64,000 nt of DNA, taken from positions 47,308,001 through 47,372,000 of the forward strand of contig NC_058368.1 in the NCBI RefSeq assembly GCF_018350175.1, written 5' to 3'. Below, piece after piece: positions 1 through 12,940 of the stretch. The notes under the pieces were generated by a model, which was given only the letters and a program-made list of their open reading frames with translations, did not search any database and had not been told where the DNA came from. The translations under genes were made by a program, and so were the position numbers. Every line of letters begins with the position of its first letter. Position 1 is the stretch's first letter. This DNA is from Felis catus. Lineage: Eukaryota.

Positions 1-161
1 GCGGGGGAGGAACAGAGAGGGAGGGAGACACAGAATCCAAAGCTGGCTCCGGGCTCCGAGCTGTCAGCACAGAGCCCATCACAGAGCTCGAACCCATGAA
101 CCGTGAGATCATGACCTGAGCCAAAGTCAGACGCTTAACTGACTGAGCCACCCAGGTGCCC
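1..161 (-). mobile_element. Can-SINE (SINEC), cut by window edge
   Basis: Reverse-strand tRNA-derived head ...gactgagccacccaggtgccc with internal gagatcatgacctgag and an (AG)-rich tract. Confidence 0.95.
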
Positions 162-294
162 TTCAATGTGAATTTTCTGAATGACTTCAATTACTATTAT
201 TATGCTTGGTGTTTTATAAAATGCCAAATCTGGTAGTCTCAAAATTGACACTAACAAAAAGTAGTTCTTTTATTAACACAATGTAAGTTTACAC

Positions 295-1250
295 ATTTAT
301 TCAACAAACATTTATTGAACACTTGTTATGGATCGAGCACTGTTGAGAGCAATGGGGTAAAACAATGAACAAAAAAACAAGGCACTGCATTCACAGTGGT
401 CACACTTCAGAGTGAGAAGACAGAAAATAATTCTTAACCAATTAAATAATTACAACATGTAATATACCTAGTGGTGGTAATGGCTGAAAAGAAAAGCCAG
501 CTGCTGAGGAGTCAGAGTGTAGCGGAGGATGAAATGTGTAGCAGAACATTATATCTTTGTGTTTCTTGAATTAAGCCAAATGTGGAAACTACCTAAGAAA
601 ACCCAAAAAGAAAAAATTATGTATTATCCCTTGCTCTATTAGAGTACCCAGGAAAGATCCAATATAGTTGGAAAAACACATCTGTTTTGCTATGTTGGCA
701 GTTTCTGGGATTTATTCCACATGAAGATGATGAGCATTCTGTCTTTTCATTCATTCCATAAAAGTCCACTGAGGACCTACCATATACAAAGCCATATGTT
801 CAGGAGTGTAGGTGGTGAGTAAGATCTAGATTTTGTCCTCAAAGAAATGTTCTGTCATGGTAAAAGGAATGAATTTGAGCTTTATGGGTGACCTAAATGC
901 TACCAAAACTACAGAAAGCTGAATTAATCTCGCATAAAGCATTAAGAGAAGCTGCATAAAGAAAGTGACATCTGAGCGCAACTACAGAGAATGGGAAGGA
1001 TTTAGGCAGAAAGAGCAAGATGAGCAGAAGTGTGCAGGAGAAAAGCTGTGTCATCTCTGTGGGATCTGAAGCACAGGAAGTGGCTGGAGAGGGGGCTGAA
1101 AAAGTACATTGAGGACAGATCCGGGAAGGACGTGAAGTTAAAACGTGCGAGTTTTAAACTTTATCCTGTAGGTAATTGTGATCCACTGAATATTTTCGAG
1201 TTTTGAGCCAACAAAATAAACTATCAGATTCGGGTTAGAAAGATGTCTTA
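295..1250 (-). mobile_element. L2 LINE fragments (degenerate, discontinuous)
   Basis: ttcaacaaacatttattgaacac resembles the reverse of the L2 3' end; ttttaaactttatcctgtaggtaattgtga is L2-like. Boundaries approximate. Confidence 0.55.
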
Positions 1251-1489
1251 GGGGGCGCCTGGGTGGCTCAGTCTGTTAAGCATCTGACTTCGACTCAGGT
1301 CATGATCTCCAGGTTCGTGGGTTTGAGCCCCACATCAGGCTCTGTCCTGACAGCTCAGAACCTGGAGCCTGCTTTGGATTCTGTTGTTTCCCTCTGTCTC
1401 TACCTCTCCCCCACTCATGCTTGCTCGCTCTCTCTCTCTCTCTCTCTCTCAAAAATAAATAAACATTTAAAAAATTTGTGAAAAAAAAA
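1251..1489 (+). mobile_element. Can-SINE (SINEC)
   Basis: ggggcgcctgggtggctcagtc head, (CT)n tract, aaataaa tail; TSD agaaagatgt(c/t)tt. Confidence 0.97.
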
Positions 1490-1650
1490 GAAAGATGTTT
1501 CATGCAGCAAGGTAAAGGAAGAATAGAAAATGGAAAACAATGAAGTTAGAATGAAGGTTAGCGCTTGCAACAGTCTCCTGGGAAATGAAAAGGGTCTAAA
1601 TGAAAACAGGAGAAATAGGAGCTGAGAAGTCTGGATGGCTAAATTAGACC

Positions 1651-1856
1651 TTTTTTTTTTTTTTTTAATGTTTAATTTTTGAGACAGAGCATGAATGGGG
1701 GAGGGTCAGAGAGACAGGGAGAGACAGAATCTGAAACAGGCTCCAGGCTCTGAGCTGTCAGCATAGAGCCCGACACGGGGCTCGAACTCATGGACCATAA
1801 CATCATGACCTGAGCTGAAGTCGGACGCTTAACCGACTGAGCCACCCATACGCCCT
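1651..1856 (-). mobile_element. Can-SINE (SINEC)
   Basis: Poly-T tail and full body on minus strand; TSD tagaccttttt. Confidence 0.97.
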
Positions 1857-2429
1857 TAAGATAGACCTTTTTATCTGGCAAACATTTTTACCTTGGCAAC
1901 CAAGCTTTGGAGCATGGAGTGGTGGAGAAGTCTACTTATACACGTGAACAAGCCTTCCAAATCAGAAGTGGAATAAGTAAGCACCTCAATTTTTTTTTCT
2001 GGGATCAATTCAAACATGAACACACTGTTTGCAAAGTAAATACAGCTTTCTCCTTAATAAATTATGTGTTGAGGTCATAATGGGTGTCCAATACTGTCAG
2101 GCTCTGTTTGGGATGAAAATATGAAGCCCTGAGACAATTATTACCCCCCAAAATAAAAGATAATAAACTGCTGAAGTCAGCACATAATACAGAGTTTAAT
2201 TACATCATACAATCTACAAATGTAATTGAGGCACTAGCGACTAACATGAACTCTTGAGTAATTGGTAGACACCACCGTAACCAATCTTAGATTGAATACC
2301 TTTGACTTTTTTGTTCATAGAAAAAGACGGAGGGTCAAATGACTTGATCAGTTTTTCCACTTGCCAGAAAACAACTACTCACCCTCAAGAATCATTTCCT
2401 GTCTGGTTTCAAATCTTCAAAAAGAATAG

Positions 2430-2770
2430 ATTACTCTTCCTATTGGAAGAGTTTTCCAAAAACTAATGATTTTCAATGTCAAAGAGTTCTTTTTACTAAA
2501 TTACTCCTGGTAACGTACTCTTTTATATCATTTTAAATAATTCTACTCCCACCTTTTTAACTTTCAAATATTTGTAGAATCTTATAATATACCCTGTAGT
2601 CATTACTCGCCTAGCTATATCTTTGTCTACTTAAATCTTTTCTTATAAATTAATCCCTTCCTTCTCTTAATCATTGCAATTGCTTTCTCCTGGCCCAGCT
2701 CCAATTTTTCTTCAAATTATTGGTTCTGAGGTACCTAAATTCTAACACTGTATTCTAGGCTCAAATCATA
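2430..2770 (-). mobile_element. Ancient CR1/L3 LINE 3' ORF2 fragment
   Basis: Ordered motifs ttcaaatatttgtagaatcttataat, ttaatcattgcaattgctttctcctgg..ctccaattt and ggtacctaaattctaacactgtattctag resemble the antisense CR1 ORF2 end as I recall it. Confidence 0.55.
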
Positions 2771-3310
2771 TCTGGATATATCCTTTTTATTTATTTATCA
2801 TTCTGCCTGTGCCTATGTGATTTACCATCACCCCATAAACACTTAGCCAGGCACAATACTCTGGTTCTGTTCAGATCGCATAAATCTTTCACCTTCTATT
2901 TAGCCAGGTACAAATACACTTCGTACTTGGAAGATAATCATAATTCTCTTAAACCTGATAAAGAAAACTTGTCCATTTTCATGTATCACTTGGCTGCTAT
3001 TATAATAAATCTATAGTAATCCATATCAGCATTAGTAAAGTAAGCGAGTTGAATTTGTTTTTGCTTTTACTTCAACTTTCATTTCAGTCTCATGTTTCTT
3101 GCACGTTCTTTTTGAAAATGGATTATATTGGAATTTTTTGCTTCCCAAAGTATGTATCACTAGTGGAAATGTATATATTGTCAAAATTTTTTGCATGTTT
3201 TTCCTTTTATATTAAATTCTATCTAAATTAATATATGGATTAAGGAAATTTAGTTAGAAGAAATGATTATCTTAGTTTCAACAACAAAAAGGAACTGTGA
3301 AATTTTATTT

Positions 3311-3527
3311 AAAAATTTTTTTTTCAACGTTTATTTATTTTTGGGACAGAGAGAGACAGAGCGTGAACGGGGGAGGGGCAGAGAGAGAGGGAGACACAGA
3401 ATCAGAAACAGGCTCCAGGCTCTGAGCCATCAGCCCAGAGCCTGATGCGGGGCTCGAACTCACAGACCGCGAGATCGTGACCTGACTGAAGTCGGGCGCT
3501 TAACCGACTGCGCCACCCAGGCGCCCC
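3311..3527 (-). mobile_element. Young felid Can-SINE (SINEC_Fc-like)
   Basis: CpG-rich body (ccgactgcgccacccaggcgcccc) with ttcaacgtttattt tail; TSD tgaaattttattt. Confidence 0.97.
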
Positions 3528-3904
3528 TGAAATTTTATTTTAAAATTTGCCTTCTATGTCTATTAAATTGTTTGTTTTGATTTTTAAAATAATATTTATC
3601 CAATTTTTTAAAAAAAAATCTGAATCTGTTGATTCAAATAAGCACATAATTCCCAATAATAAATAGAGAAATAGAAAGTGAGCTAATACATGATTTCTGG
3701 ATTTATAGCCTTCAAAAATATGTGTTCCTTCTGCCGGGGAAACAGATGATCCTTCACCCATCATGTCAACAACAAAACTCATGAAGTTACATTCTCTTCT
3801 GCATCTAAAATCATGCAATGGAGAGATTTCTCTCTGCCTTTTCTTTTCTCCCTTTCATGGTCTCCTGAATCTCAATTATTTATCCATATTGAAAACAGTA
3901 TCTT

Positions 3905-4035
3905 CCTAATTAGATTCTGAGTTCCTTTCAGGCAAAAACCATATTTTAGTTTCCCTAACACTTAGCAGAGTATCTGGCCTAGAGTAGTTATTCAATAAAC
4001 ATTCACTGAATTCCTGAAATATGAATTAGTGAATA
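3905..4035 (+). mobile_element. L2 3' end
   Basis: agagtatctggcctagagtagttattcaataaacattcactgaat resembles the L2 terminus. Confidence 0.55.
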
Positions 4036-4269
4036 AATCATGATCATTTCTCCATTGCTGGCAACCTATGCAAAGATGGAGACAGTAATTTTGGAAGGAA
4101 TGTTTGGCGGGGGGGGGGGGGGAAGTGAGCTTTTATTCAGAGTAGAACTACTATACTTGTTTTCTTCATTATTTTTCCTTTCCATTTTCTCTGACTCCTA
4201 AGAATCAAATGTGTTCCAATGTACATTTTTAAATTGTCGGCCATTGGATAGTAGTAAATCTCAGACATT

Positions 4270-4630
4270 AAAAAGCAATTGGTGAAATTTGAATAAGCCT
4301 TGTAGATGGGATAATAGTACTGTATTACCTGTTAATCTCCTTTTTGTGTACTGTGATTATGTAAGATAATGTTCTTGATTTTAGGAAATACATGCTGAAG
4401 CGTTTAGGGGGAAAGAGGCATTATGCCTAAACTTATTCTCAAATGGTTGAGAAAAGTATCCAGAGAGAGAGACAGAGAGAGAGAAACCGAGATAGAGAAG
4501 AGAATGATTAAGCAAATGCAGTAAAATGTTAACATTTAGGGAATCAGAGTGAAAGGTACATGAGAATTCTTTGTACTAATTGATGCAACTTTTATGCAAT
4601 CTGAAGTTATCATTATGTCAAAATAAAGAA
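4270..4630 (+). mobile_element. Old L1 (L1MC/ME-like) 3' end
   Basis: aaatgttaacatttagggaatc..gaattctttgtacta..gcaactttt..aaataaa pattern. Confidence 0.65.
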
Positions 4631-4649
4631 AAATTTAAATGGTAATATT

Positions 4650-4998
4650 AAAAAACGATTAAAGAAAATCTAGATGATACAAACAAACTTTATCTACCAT
4701 TTCATGAAGCAGACAGTCCCCATTCAAGGAACCGCAAAGTGGGATGGAAGACAGCAAGCTTTTACAGGATAAAGAATAAAGAACACTGACGAGAAAAATA
4801 GAAACTATCTGATTGGCTGGAGCTCCATATAGTCAATCTTGTCTGTGGGGAGAAGAAACAAGGACATAAGTATAGAGTCCAGAATTGGCTTGGCATGGCA
4901 GATTGCTTGACTAGAGATACTGCACTAAATTTCCATTTGCTGACGTGGCATTCCAGGCAGGGGCGACTCCATCTTGGGCCTAGAAACTTATTTCAATA
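4650..4998 (-). mobile_element. Probable ERV1-type solo LTR fragment
   Basis: Minus strand begins tattgaaataagtttctaggcccaagatggagtc, typical of ERV1 LTR 5' ends; CCAAT boxes (attgg on plus). Confidence 0.45.
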
Positions 4999-5355
4999 GT
5001 AGTCTTTATTTGATTAGTAATTAATGATGTATAAAATTACCAGATTGTGTCACTGAATTGTTCTCACAGCTTTTGGGTTTTTTTTTCTTTTTTTTCTAAA
5101 AAAGGAAACTGAGAAAGTGTCTACATTATTAAGGCGTCAGAACGGGGAGTCAATGGCTTCCAACTTGATGCACAGAGTTATTTGTCCCACAGACCATTCT
5201 GCTCCTCTATAATTACAAAATTACATATTGCTTTGTGGCATTTTAAGAGTTTTGTGTTATTAAGGAAGATTTTTGTAAATAATTGTTCTGATAAATGAAT
5301 TTAGCCTTGTTTCTCCACACCCAAAAGTGTCAAATCCATCAAAAGCCTCTCTCTT

Positions 5356-5536
5356 GGGGCATCCGTTTGTTAAGTGTCCAATTTCCTCTCAGGTCATGAT
5401 CTCATGGTTGGTGAGTTTGAGCCCCACATAGGGCTCTCTGCTGTCAGCGTGGAGCCCACTTCAGATCCTCTGTCTCCCACCTCTCTCTGCCCCTCCCCCA
5501 CTCATGCTATTTCTCTCTCAAAAATAAATAAACATT
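5356..5536 (+). mobile_element. Older Can-SINE hosting a nested SINE
   Basis: Diverged head, (CT) tract; tail resumes at 5761; outer TSD aaaagcctctctctt / aaaagtctttctctt. Confidence 0.93.
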
Positions 5537-5760
5537 TTTTTTTAATTTTTTTTTCAACGTTTTTTATTTATTTTTGGGACAGAGAGAGACAGAGCATGAA
5601 CGGGGGAGGGGCAGAGAGAGAGGGAGACACAGAATCGGAAACAGGCTCCAGGCTCCAAGCCATCAGCCCAGAGCCTGACGCGGGGCTCGAACTCATGGAC
5701 CGCGAGATCGTGACCTGGCTGAAGTCGGACGCTTAACCGACTGCGCCACCCAGGCGCCCC
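5537..5760 (-). mobile_element. Young felid Can-SINE inserted in the tail of the previous SINE
   Basis: CpG-intact body; TSD aaataaacatttt on both sides. Confidence 0.97.
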
Positions 5761-7175
5761 AAATAAACATTTTTAAAAAAAGTCTTTCTCTTCCACCAGT
5801 GCTTTATTGGGCCCATCTGAGCTCCTTCAGATCTTTCCTCACACTCAGCCCCCTCCTGATCACTGTATCAAGGCCTGAAATCACAAATATGTGATGATCG
5901 CAAAGATACTCAGATCCTCCATGCAACCTGATCAGAAAGGAATGTGTAGGGGGAAAGAGTGAAATATATTAAATTGGGGGTGTAAAACACTTCTGCTTTC
6001 CTACTGGCCCTGAACACATCTGATGGTACCCAAGTGCCTGGGAAGAATTGGGGTTGTCTCAAAGGTGATCTGTTTCAGGCCACTCTAACACCCTTTAATT
6101 AACTATGAACTTTAAGTGGCCTGAAAAATTAACCACAACCCCACACATGTCTCCCTGGAATTCATTTACACACTGGAAGAGTATGTATGAATGGGTCCTT
6201 TACTCAGACTTCTTGATTTCCATATGCCATGCTTTAGTTTCAAAAATTATTTTCATCTCTTTGATTCAAGACTCTTTCTTGAACACTTTAACCACTTCCC
6301 AATCATCCCAAATAATTTTGTTTTTTACAATACACACTGATTTCAATGATCTTAGCTATTTCAGGTTTGTAGACACTTTGAAAGCAGAATAAATAAGTGG
6401 TCCAAATGGAGTAAATCTTATTATGAAAAAAACTATTTTTACTCCATTTTGAAACTAGTCACCAGCTAAGTAGTTAAAGCTCTTTCCTTTTCTTCCTGTA
6501 AAGATTGACCCTGAACTGACAACAAAACCCTAGGTGGGATATTTAAATCTTAAGTGAGTGGTCAGTTAAGTGCCTGTGGAGGTAAAAGGACAGATAGCAT
6601 ATTTGGTATGCTAATGGAACCTATTTACTTCAAGGAAAGTGACAAAAACATCAATCAAATCAGAAGAGGCTATTAAGGATTGTTAACTCCCTTTCAGATG
6701 AGCAATGATTTCCATTGGGATTTAAATAAATATTCATGAAAAGGACCAATGACAGAAATTTCACCAAAAATCACCCCATGGTAAGGTTTCTATACAGCTT
6801 AAGACAAAACTTAACTTGGCTCCAATTTCACAGGAGTTTTGACTATTTGGGGCACACTCTCCCTTTTAAAATATCAACAAAGATTGGCATTCTCTTTCCA
6901 TTTTAAACCCAAAATACATTTATTTAAAATTATGCCCTTGAGGTATCTCTAATTCTCAAAAGATTATGATATCTTTCCCAACCATAACAATTACACAATT
7001 GCTAATGCATTCATATGATTTAGAATGTACTTCACAGGAAAAAAAAAAAGCTAGAAAGGTTAAAAAAACATTTAAGGAAGCAATATAAAATCATAATTTA
7101 AGATTACATACAAATTAAGTAAAGAGCTTTTTTTTTTAATTGAACACGTCAGGCATTAGGCAGTTTTTCCATGTT

Positions 7176-7195
7176 TACCGCCACCTGGTGACAGC
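7176..7195 (-). promoter_or_regulatory. Candidate CTCF site
   Basis: Minus strand tgtcaccaggtggcggta against consensus CCASYAGRKGGCRS (1 mismatch). Motif match only. Confidence 0.55.
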
Positions 7196-7410
7196 TCTAT
7201 GTAAACTTACTATGAACACCCCAAAATAAAACCCCATTAGTAAAGTCTAGTTCAATTCAATTTAATGCAATAAATATCTATTGAGCTAGTACTATATTTT
7301 TAGGACTGGTTTAAATCATGTTAAGAACGCAAAAGTGTAGCTCAAAGATGGATCTGAAGGATGTTTACAATTGAGATGGGAAAGCAAACAAGTAAAAGAA
7401 GCAATTCTTA

Positions 7411-8425
7411 GGGCTATTACTAAAAAGACAAAGAACAAGTGTTGATGAGGCTACAAAGGATGAGAAAATGCGGAGAAAGGTACAAAGGATGTACCTTTGT
7501 ACACTGTTGGTGGTAATGTAAATTTGCACAACCATTATGGAAAACAGTATTGAGATGCCTCAAAAAATTAAAAATAGAACTACCTTATAGTCTAGGAATC
7601 CCACTTTTAGGTATACATTCAAAAGAAATGGATTCGGCATCCTAAAGAGATATCTGCACTCCTGTGTTTATTGAAGAATTATTCTCAATGGCCAAGACGT
7701 GGAAACAACCTGAATGTCTGCCAACAGATGGATAGAAAAGATGTGGTATATATATATATAAAATATATACAATATATACAATACTCCATTGTCTATATAT
7801 ACATAATATATATTCCATTGTCTATATATACATTATATATATATATATACATATATATACATTATATATGTATTATACATTATACATTATACATTATATA
7901 TGTATATATATGTATATATATGTATATATATATGTATATATATAATGTATATATACATTATATATATACATATATATAGACAATGGAATATATATATATT
8001 ATGTATATATAGACAATGGAATATTATTCGGCCTTGAAAAAAAAAAAGGAAATCCTGCCATTTGTGACAACATGGATGAACTTAGAGGACATTTTGCTAA
8101 GTGAATTAAGCCAGACCCAGAAAGACAGATACTGTATAATCTCACATATATGTGAAATCCAAAATAGTCTAATTCATAGAAGTAGAGAGTAGAATGGTGG
8201 TTGCCAAGGGTGGGGAGATAAGGAAATGGGGAGATTGTGGTCAAAAGGCACAAACTTTCCATTATGCATGCTGAATAAATTCTGTAGATTAATGTGCCAA
8301 TGGTTAACAATACTGTGTTTTATACCTGAAATTTACTAAGAGAGTAGATCGTAAGTGTTCAAACATCAAATTGTTTACTTCAACTACATACAACTTTTAT
8401 TTGTCAATTATACTGTAATAAAGCT
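7411..8425 (+). mobile_element. 5'-truncated L1 (L1MA/L1MB-like), ORF2 end plus 3' UTR
   Basis: ggaaaacagtattgagatgcctcaaaaaattaaaaatagaactacc, aaatcctgccatttgtgacaacatggatgaac, terminal aataaa; interrupted by a TA-rich tract. Confidence 0.92.
7746..8011. repeat. TA-rich microsatellite with inverted-duplicated L1 sequence
   Basis: (TA)n/(TATG) tract containing tccattgtctatatat twice and its reverse complement twice. Confidence 0.9.
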
Positions 8426-8441
8426 TGGGGGAGCAATTCTT

Positions 8442-8634
8442 ATTTTTAAAATGTTTATTTTTTGAGAGAGAAAGCAAGCAAGGGGCACAGAGAGAGGGAG
8501 AGAGAGAATCTCAAGAGGCCCCTCACTGTCAGCACAGAGCCTGACAAGGGGCTCGAACTCATGAAGTGTGCGATCATGACCTGAGCTGAAATCAAGAGTC
8601 AGATACTTAGCTGACTGAGCCGCCCAGGCGCTCC
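8442..8634 (-). mobile_element. Can-SINE (SINEC)
   Basis: Body on minus strand; TSD ttggggg(a)agcaattctt. Confidence 0.95.
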
Positions 8635-10767
8635 TTGGGGGAAGCAATTCTTGAATAATATGTTAACAGTGTTACGTACACACTAAACATAAAAGAAAAA
8701 GAAAAAAAAGGAATCAAATGTAGGCTTGGATTTTCAAGCCTCCAGATGAAGTGAGACTTGAGATAGTGTTTAGAAAAATTAGGAAAGGCTACATTATAAA
8801 GGTAATTGAAAATCCAGAGGATGTTAGACTTGGTACATGAGGTATTGGGAAGCCTGGACATTTCTTAATTATAGAATTAATATAACAAAAGTGTGATTTT
8901 AGGGAAGCTTGTCCAAGAAAGGTCTTCAATGTGGACAAGATCAAGGAGACGAAGACCATTTCAGAGATAGTAATCTACCTATGAGTTGATATAAACCTAG
9001 GTGGATCAATATTAGTAGAAATGGACAAGAAAGAAGACAAAATATAATATTTAAGAGAAAACTTTGAAATAATTTGGTGACTGGTATTTGAAAGGAAGAG
9101 AGGAGTCATGACTTTGAGCCTGGTTGACACCACTAGCAAAAGGGAAGGGTTAAGAGAAAAAAATGTATATATAGGGAAGGAATAGAAGCAACAATTTGGA
9201 GATGCTAATTTTGAGATGACAGTGGGGTATACAGATAGAAATGCCAAGTTGAAATCTTGGGGTTCACTTTTAGTTCACATTAGTTATTAACTAATGATAG
9301 CATTAAGTGGTATTTCTCCATTTTTAGTGCTCTCCCATAAAGTTTTGCCTCAAAGAAATCCTCATGAAAATTAGTCTTGATAAGATTCAAATTCAACTAA
9401 TTGAGTCCCTTCTAACTGCCAGTCACTGTGGTAGGCACTTTCACATACATTATCACATTTAATTCTCACAGCAACTGCGTGAAGTTGTTTATCTAGAAAT
9501 TCTAATTAATTATATTGTAATGAAAATGCAACTGCCAAATATTAATCAAGTATTCATTGAATTAATTAGACATATATTGTTTGATTTCTAATCCTATACT
9601 GCTCCACTGCCCAGATTCCAATTTTCCTTTTAATAGACATTAATAGCGCAAAGTAACAAAAAGAGTAGTTCAATGTCAAATAATGCACATTGAATAAAAT
9701 GCCTTAGTGAAAACAGAAACATACTGGGAGATGAAAGACCCAAGTTACAATCTAAGCTCAAACAAGGCAAATCACTAAATTTTCTCGAGGCTTAGTTACT
9801 CATCTGTTACATGAAATTAATGATTTTTATTCAGTCTATGTTTTTAGGTTGTTATATAGGTCAAATGAGGTATTGGTGAAAAACCTCTTTACTAAACAGA
9901 TCAGAGGGTTCGGGGTGGAGAGAACAGGATTCTTTTCTCTGGGTTCCTCTTCTTCTATTTTGAAAGGCTTCTTTCTTGACAAGACTTTGTGGATAAAGAG
10001 GTGGCAAGAAAAGGGACTCTCAGTTTCCATCACCTCTATTCCTTATCCATTTTCAGCTTCCATTCCTTTTTCTCCGGGGTGCCTAAGTCTATGCCCCAAT
10101 ACACCCTTGCAACTAGGACTGCCAACTTGTTGTTAATGATTGTTTATGTGGTTTCACTCAATCATTGTTAGAACTCTTGACTTTAGCCTCTGATCACTGA
10201 CATTAATCAATGAATTGAGAAGTCCTTTGAAGAGACAGAGGAGTGTAGATTGAGCATACAGCTGGATATTAACTGCAAATGTGGGTTGACTTTCTCTGCA
10301 GAGTACGCTTTTTTCAAAACAGAACCTTGAGGAAAAAAAAGCTATAAAGTCATTCAGAACAAAAACCTGCAAAGAGCTTACCTAACAGCTAATTATAAAT
10401 GTATATATAATTATAAGCTAACTCAAGCATCACTGCAGTGTGGGTTTGATGTTAATGACCAACCCTTCCATCCTGGTGAGCTAGTGAAGCACCTCTGCTT
10501 TGGGATCAGGTGCTCTTTTTCCCAAATACCTCCCTCCCTTCCTTCTTTATCTGGCACAATCCCCTTCTTCATATCATGATGGCCAACTCCTTCCCAAGTG
10601 GATGTTGACGTGCTAACATTGACGACGTCTCAGTCTTCTGTCTGCAAATATTCAAACTGTAAGCACAATTTTTTCTCTCTGAACCACACAGAATTACTAA
10701 TTGTATTTTATTCATCGCCTCTGTGTTAATTCAACCCAATGAATCTGTGCAGTGGAAGAACTGTAAA

Positions 10768-10772
<5 letters not shown>

Positions 10773-10820
<48 letters not shown>
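10773..10820. repeat. (CA)n microsatellite
   Basis: Perfect CA run. Confidence 0.99.
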
Positions 10821-10822
<2 letters not shown>

Positions 10823-11715
10823 ACTCCTTCAGTGTAAATGCATATAAATAATCTCTAAAATACCTTTGACTCTGATATTGCTGGGTGAGAAAGTTTGGGG
10901 GAACTCTGTAACACTAGGTATGATGAGGAATATCTCATCAGAGGCCCTCATCTACCACTCAAGGTTTTCATCCAAGACTGAACATATCTTCTCTCTTTAC
11001 CAAGTTCCCCTGTCCCCTCCAACTTTCTAAGACCTCCATGCCACTGAATATTGCCTCGGTCTAGCCTAGAGCCAGGGTGAACTGTCCTATTTAACTTGAT
11101 TTGAACTACATAGAGGCTTGTGTATTACAACTGCCAGGTAGACATCTTATTTTCTTAAATTGTATGTAACCCCAACCACTATCACTATAACAAGTACTAT
11201 TTATGGGACCACTACCTATGGTACTGTGATTAGACCTTACAAACATTGAGCTACATGAAGCTACCATTTAAATTTATAGGTCAAATACAGGCAATTTCCT
11301 ATGATCAATCTAATATTTTTCATTCAACACCCTCAACAACCATGAAAAGTAGGCATAATCATCACTATTTTATAGCTGAAAGAACTAAGACTCAGAGTGA
11401 TAGTAATCAGGTGACAATGAGACACCTGGGGAAGGGGTAGAGCCCACTCTTAAAATAATCACCAAAGTGTCACAGTCATACCTATGCACACAAAGATAGC
11501 TTTTGAGGACAGATGATGGAATAGAAGAATTCATGAGAGTAATTATGGGTAAAGAATACAGACTAAGATTCAACTTGAAGATGATAATATAGAGACAACA
11601 AATAATGACAAACTTTAAATCTCTTCCATGAATAACAATGATACACTCTTCTTCCTCTATAGCAAAGGGAGAACAGAAAGAAAAAGGCATACCCTACATC
11701 GCAAAAGTAGCTTGA

Positions 11716-11893
11716 ATATATATGTATATATATATTGTATATACATATATGTATATATGTATATATATATGTATACATATGTATACATGTATATATGTAT
11801 ATATGTGTATATATGTGTATATATACATGTGTATATATATGTATACATATGTATATATATGTATATATATGTATGTGTGTGTATATATATATA
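11716..11893. repeat. (TA/TATG)n compound microsatellite
   Basis: Direct reading. Confidence 0.98.
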
Positions 11894-12477
11894 ATCACAA
11901 TTTAGTCTTTAAATATTTGAATAGCTTACTCATAAAATCAGTTGACTTATACTCTTTTTTTCTTTAAAATAGGTAATATCATTTACCCTAAATAAAAATA
12001 AATAGCCAAATGATCAAAGAGTAATAGGCAAGACTTCAAGTATAACTCTTTAGTTAGGATGACAGAATGGAAAAGTATAAAGATCCCAACAACCCGGTGG
12101 CATTGCTGGGGTACCATTTTGATCCTGAGGTGCCTATCCCCAACTGCCTCTAATACAGGACTCACACTGAGTTATGCAACCTTGAAGCAAGGGTAGAGGG
12201 AACCGATTGGATAATTTAATTCAATGCTATGGGAGAATACAGAAACCAAAGTGAGGGATATCAAGGTTAGAAAATGTGAAGGATTAATATCTAGTAAGAT
12301 TGAATAAAAGTGTATTATCTTGGTAATGTATAAAATCAGTGAAATGCAGGGCCAGTCCTCAGTAAAAGAGAAAGTAGAACATTTGACCCAGGCACCACAG
12401 CATGAAGGACACAGGAATCTTTCTCAAAAATACTACTAACATGCTGAAGGCAGTTACCATGATGTCAGGAAGAACCG

Positions 12478-12506
12478 CACACATGCACACACACACACAA
12501 ACACAT

Positions 12507-12551
<45 letters not shown>
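12478..12551. repeat. (CA)n microsatellite
   Basis: Direct reading. Confidence 0.99.
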
Positions 12552-12553
<2 letters not shown>

Positions 12554-12940
12554 TTCCTATCTAATGAGGTCAACTTTCATTCATTCACTGAACTTTCTCT
12601 TTTCTTTAACTGAAAGCCATGTAAACAAATTAAAGGTATTTTTAAAGGAAAAAGCATCCATAAACATTCTAATCTAAGCTAAAATAACTATTTTCACCTT
12701 AAACTTCCCTTCCAGACTTTATCTGTGTAACTGTGACCTCTGTGAACATAAGATTTGTATTCTGTATCTTCCTACCTATCATTATACCAGAAGCATGTTT
12801 CCATGTTTATAATTATCATTTTAAATACTAGCATCTGCAAGGCATTCAACCTAGAAAGTAGGATTTATGCTGAATATTCAACTAAACAATTGAGAGCATT
12901 TTTTCTTTTTTGTAAAGCTCCAAATTCCAGTTAAGAGATC

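Noticed and set aside
1263..1881. Recurrent similar small ORFs (MAQSVK.., ..RQSMNGGGAERE..)
   Set aside because: Read-through of Can-SINE bodies, not a gene family.
11563..11967. Tyr/Ile/His-rich ORFs (also near 7671, 12359, 17137)
   Set aside because: They are translations of TA and CA microsatellites.
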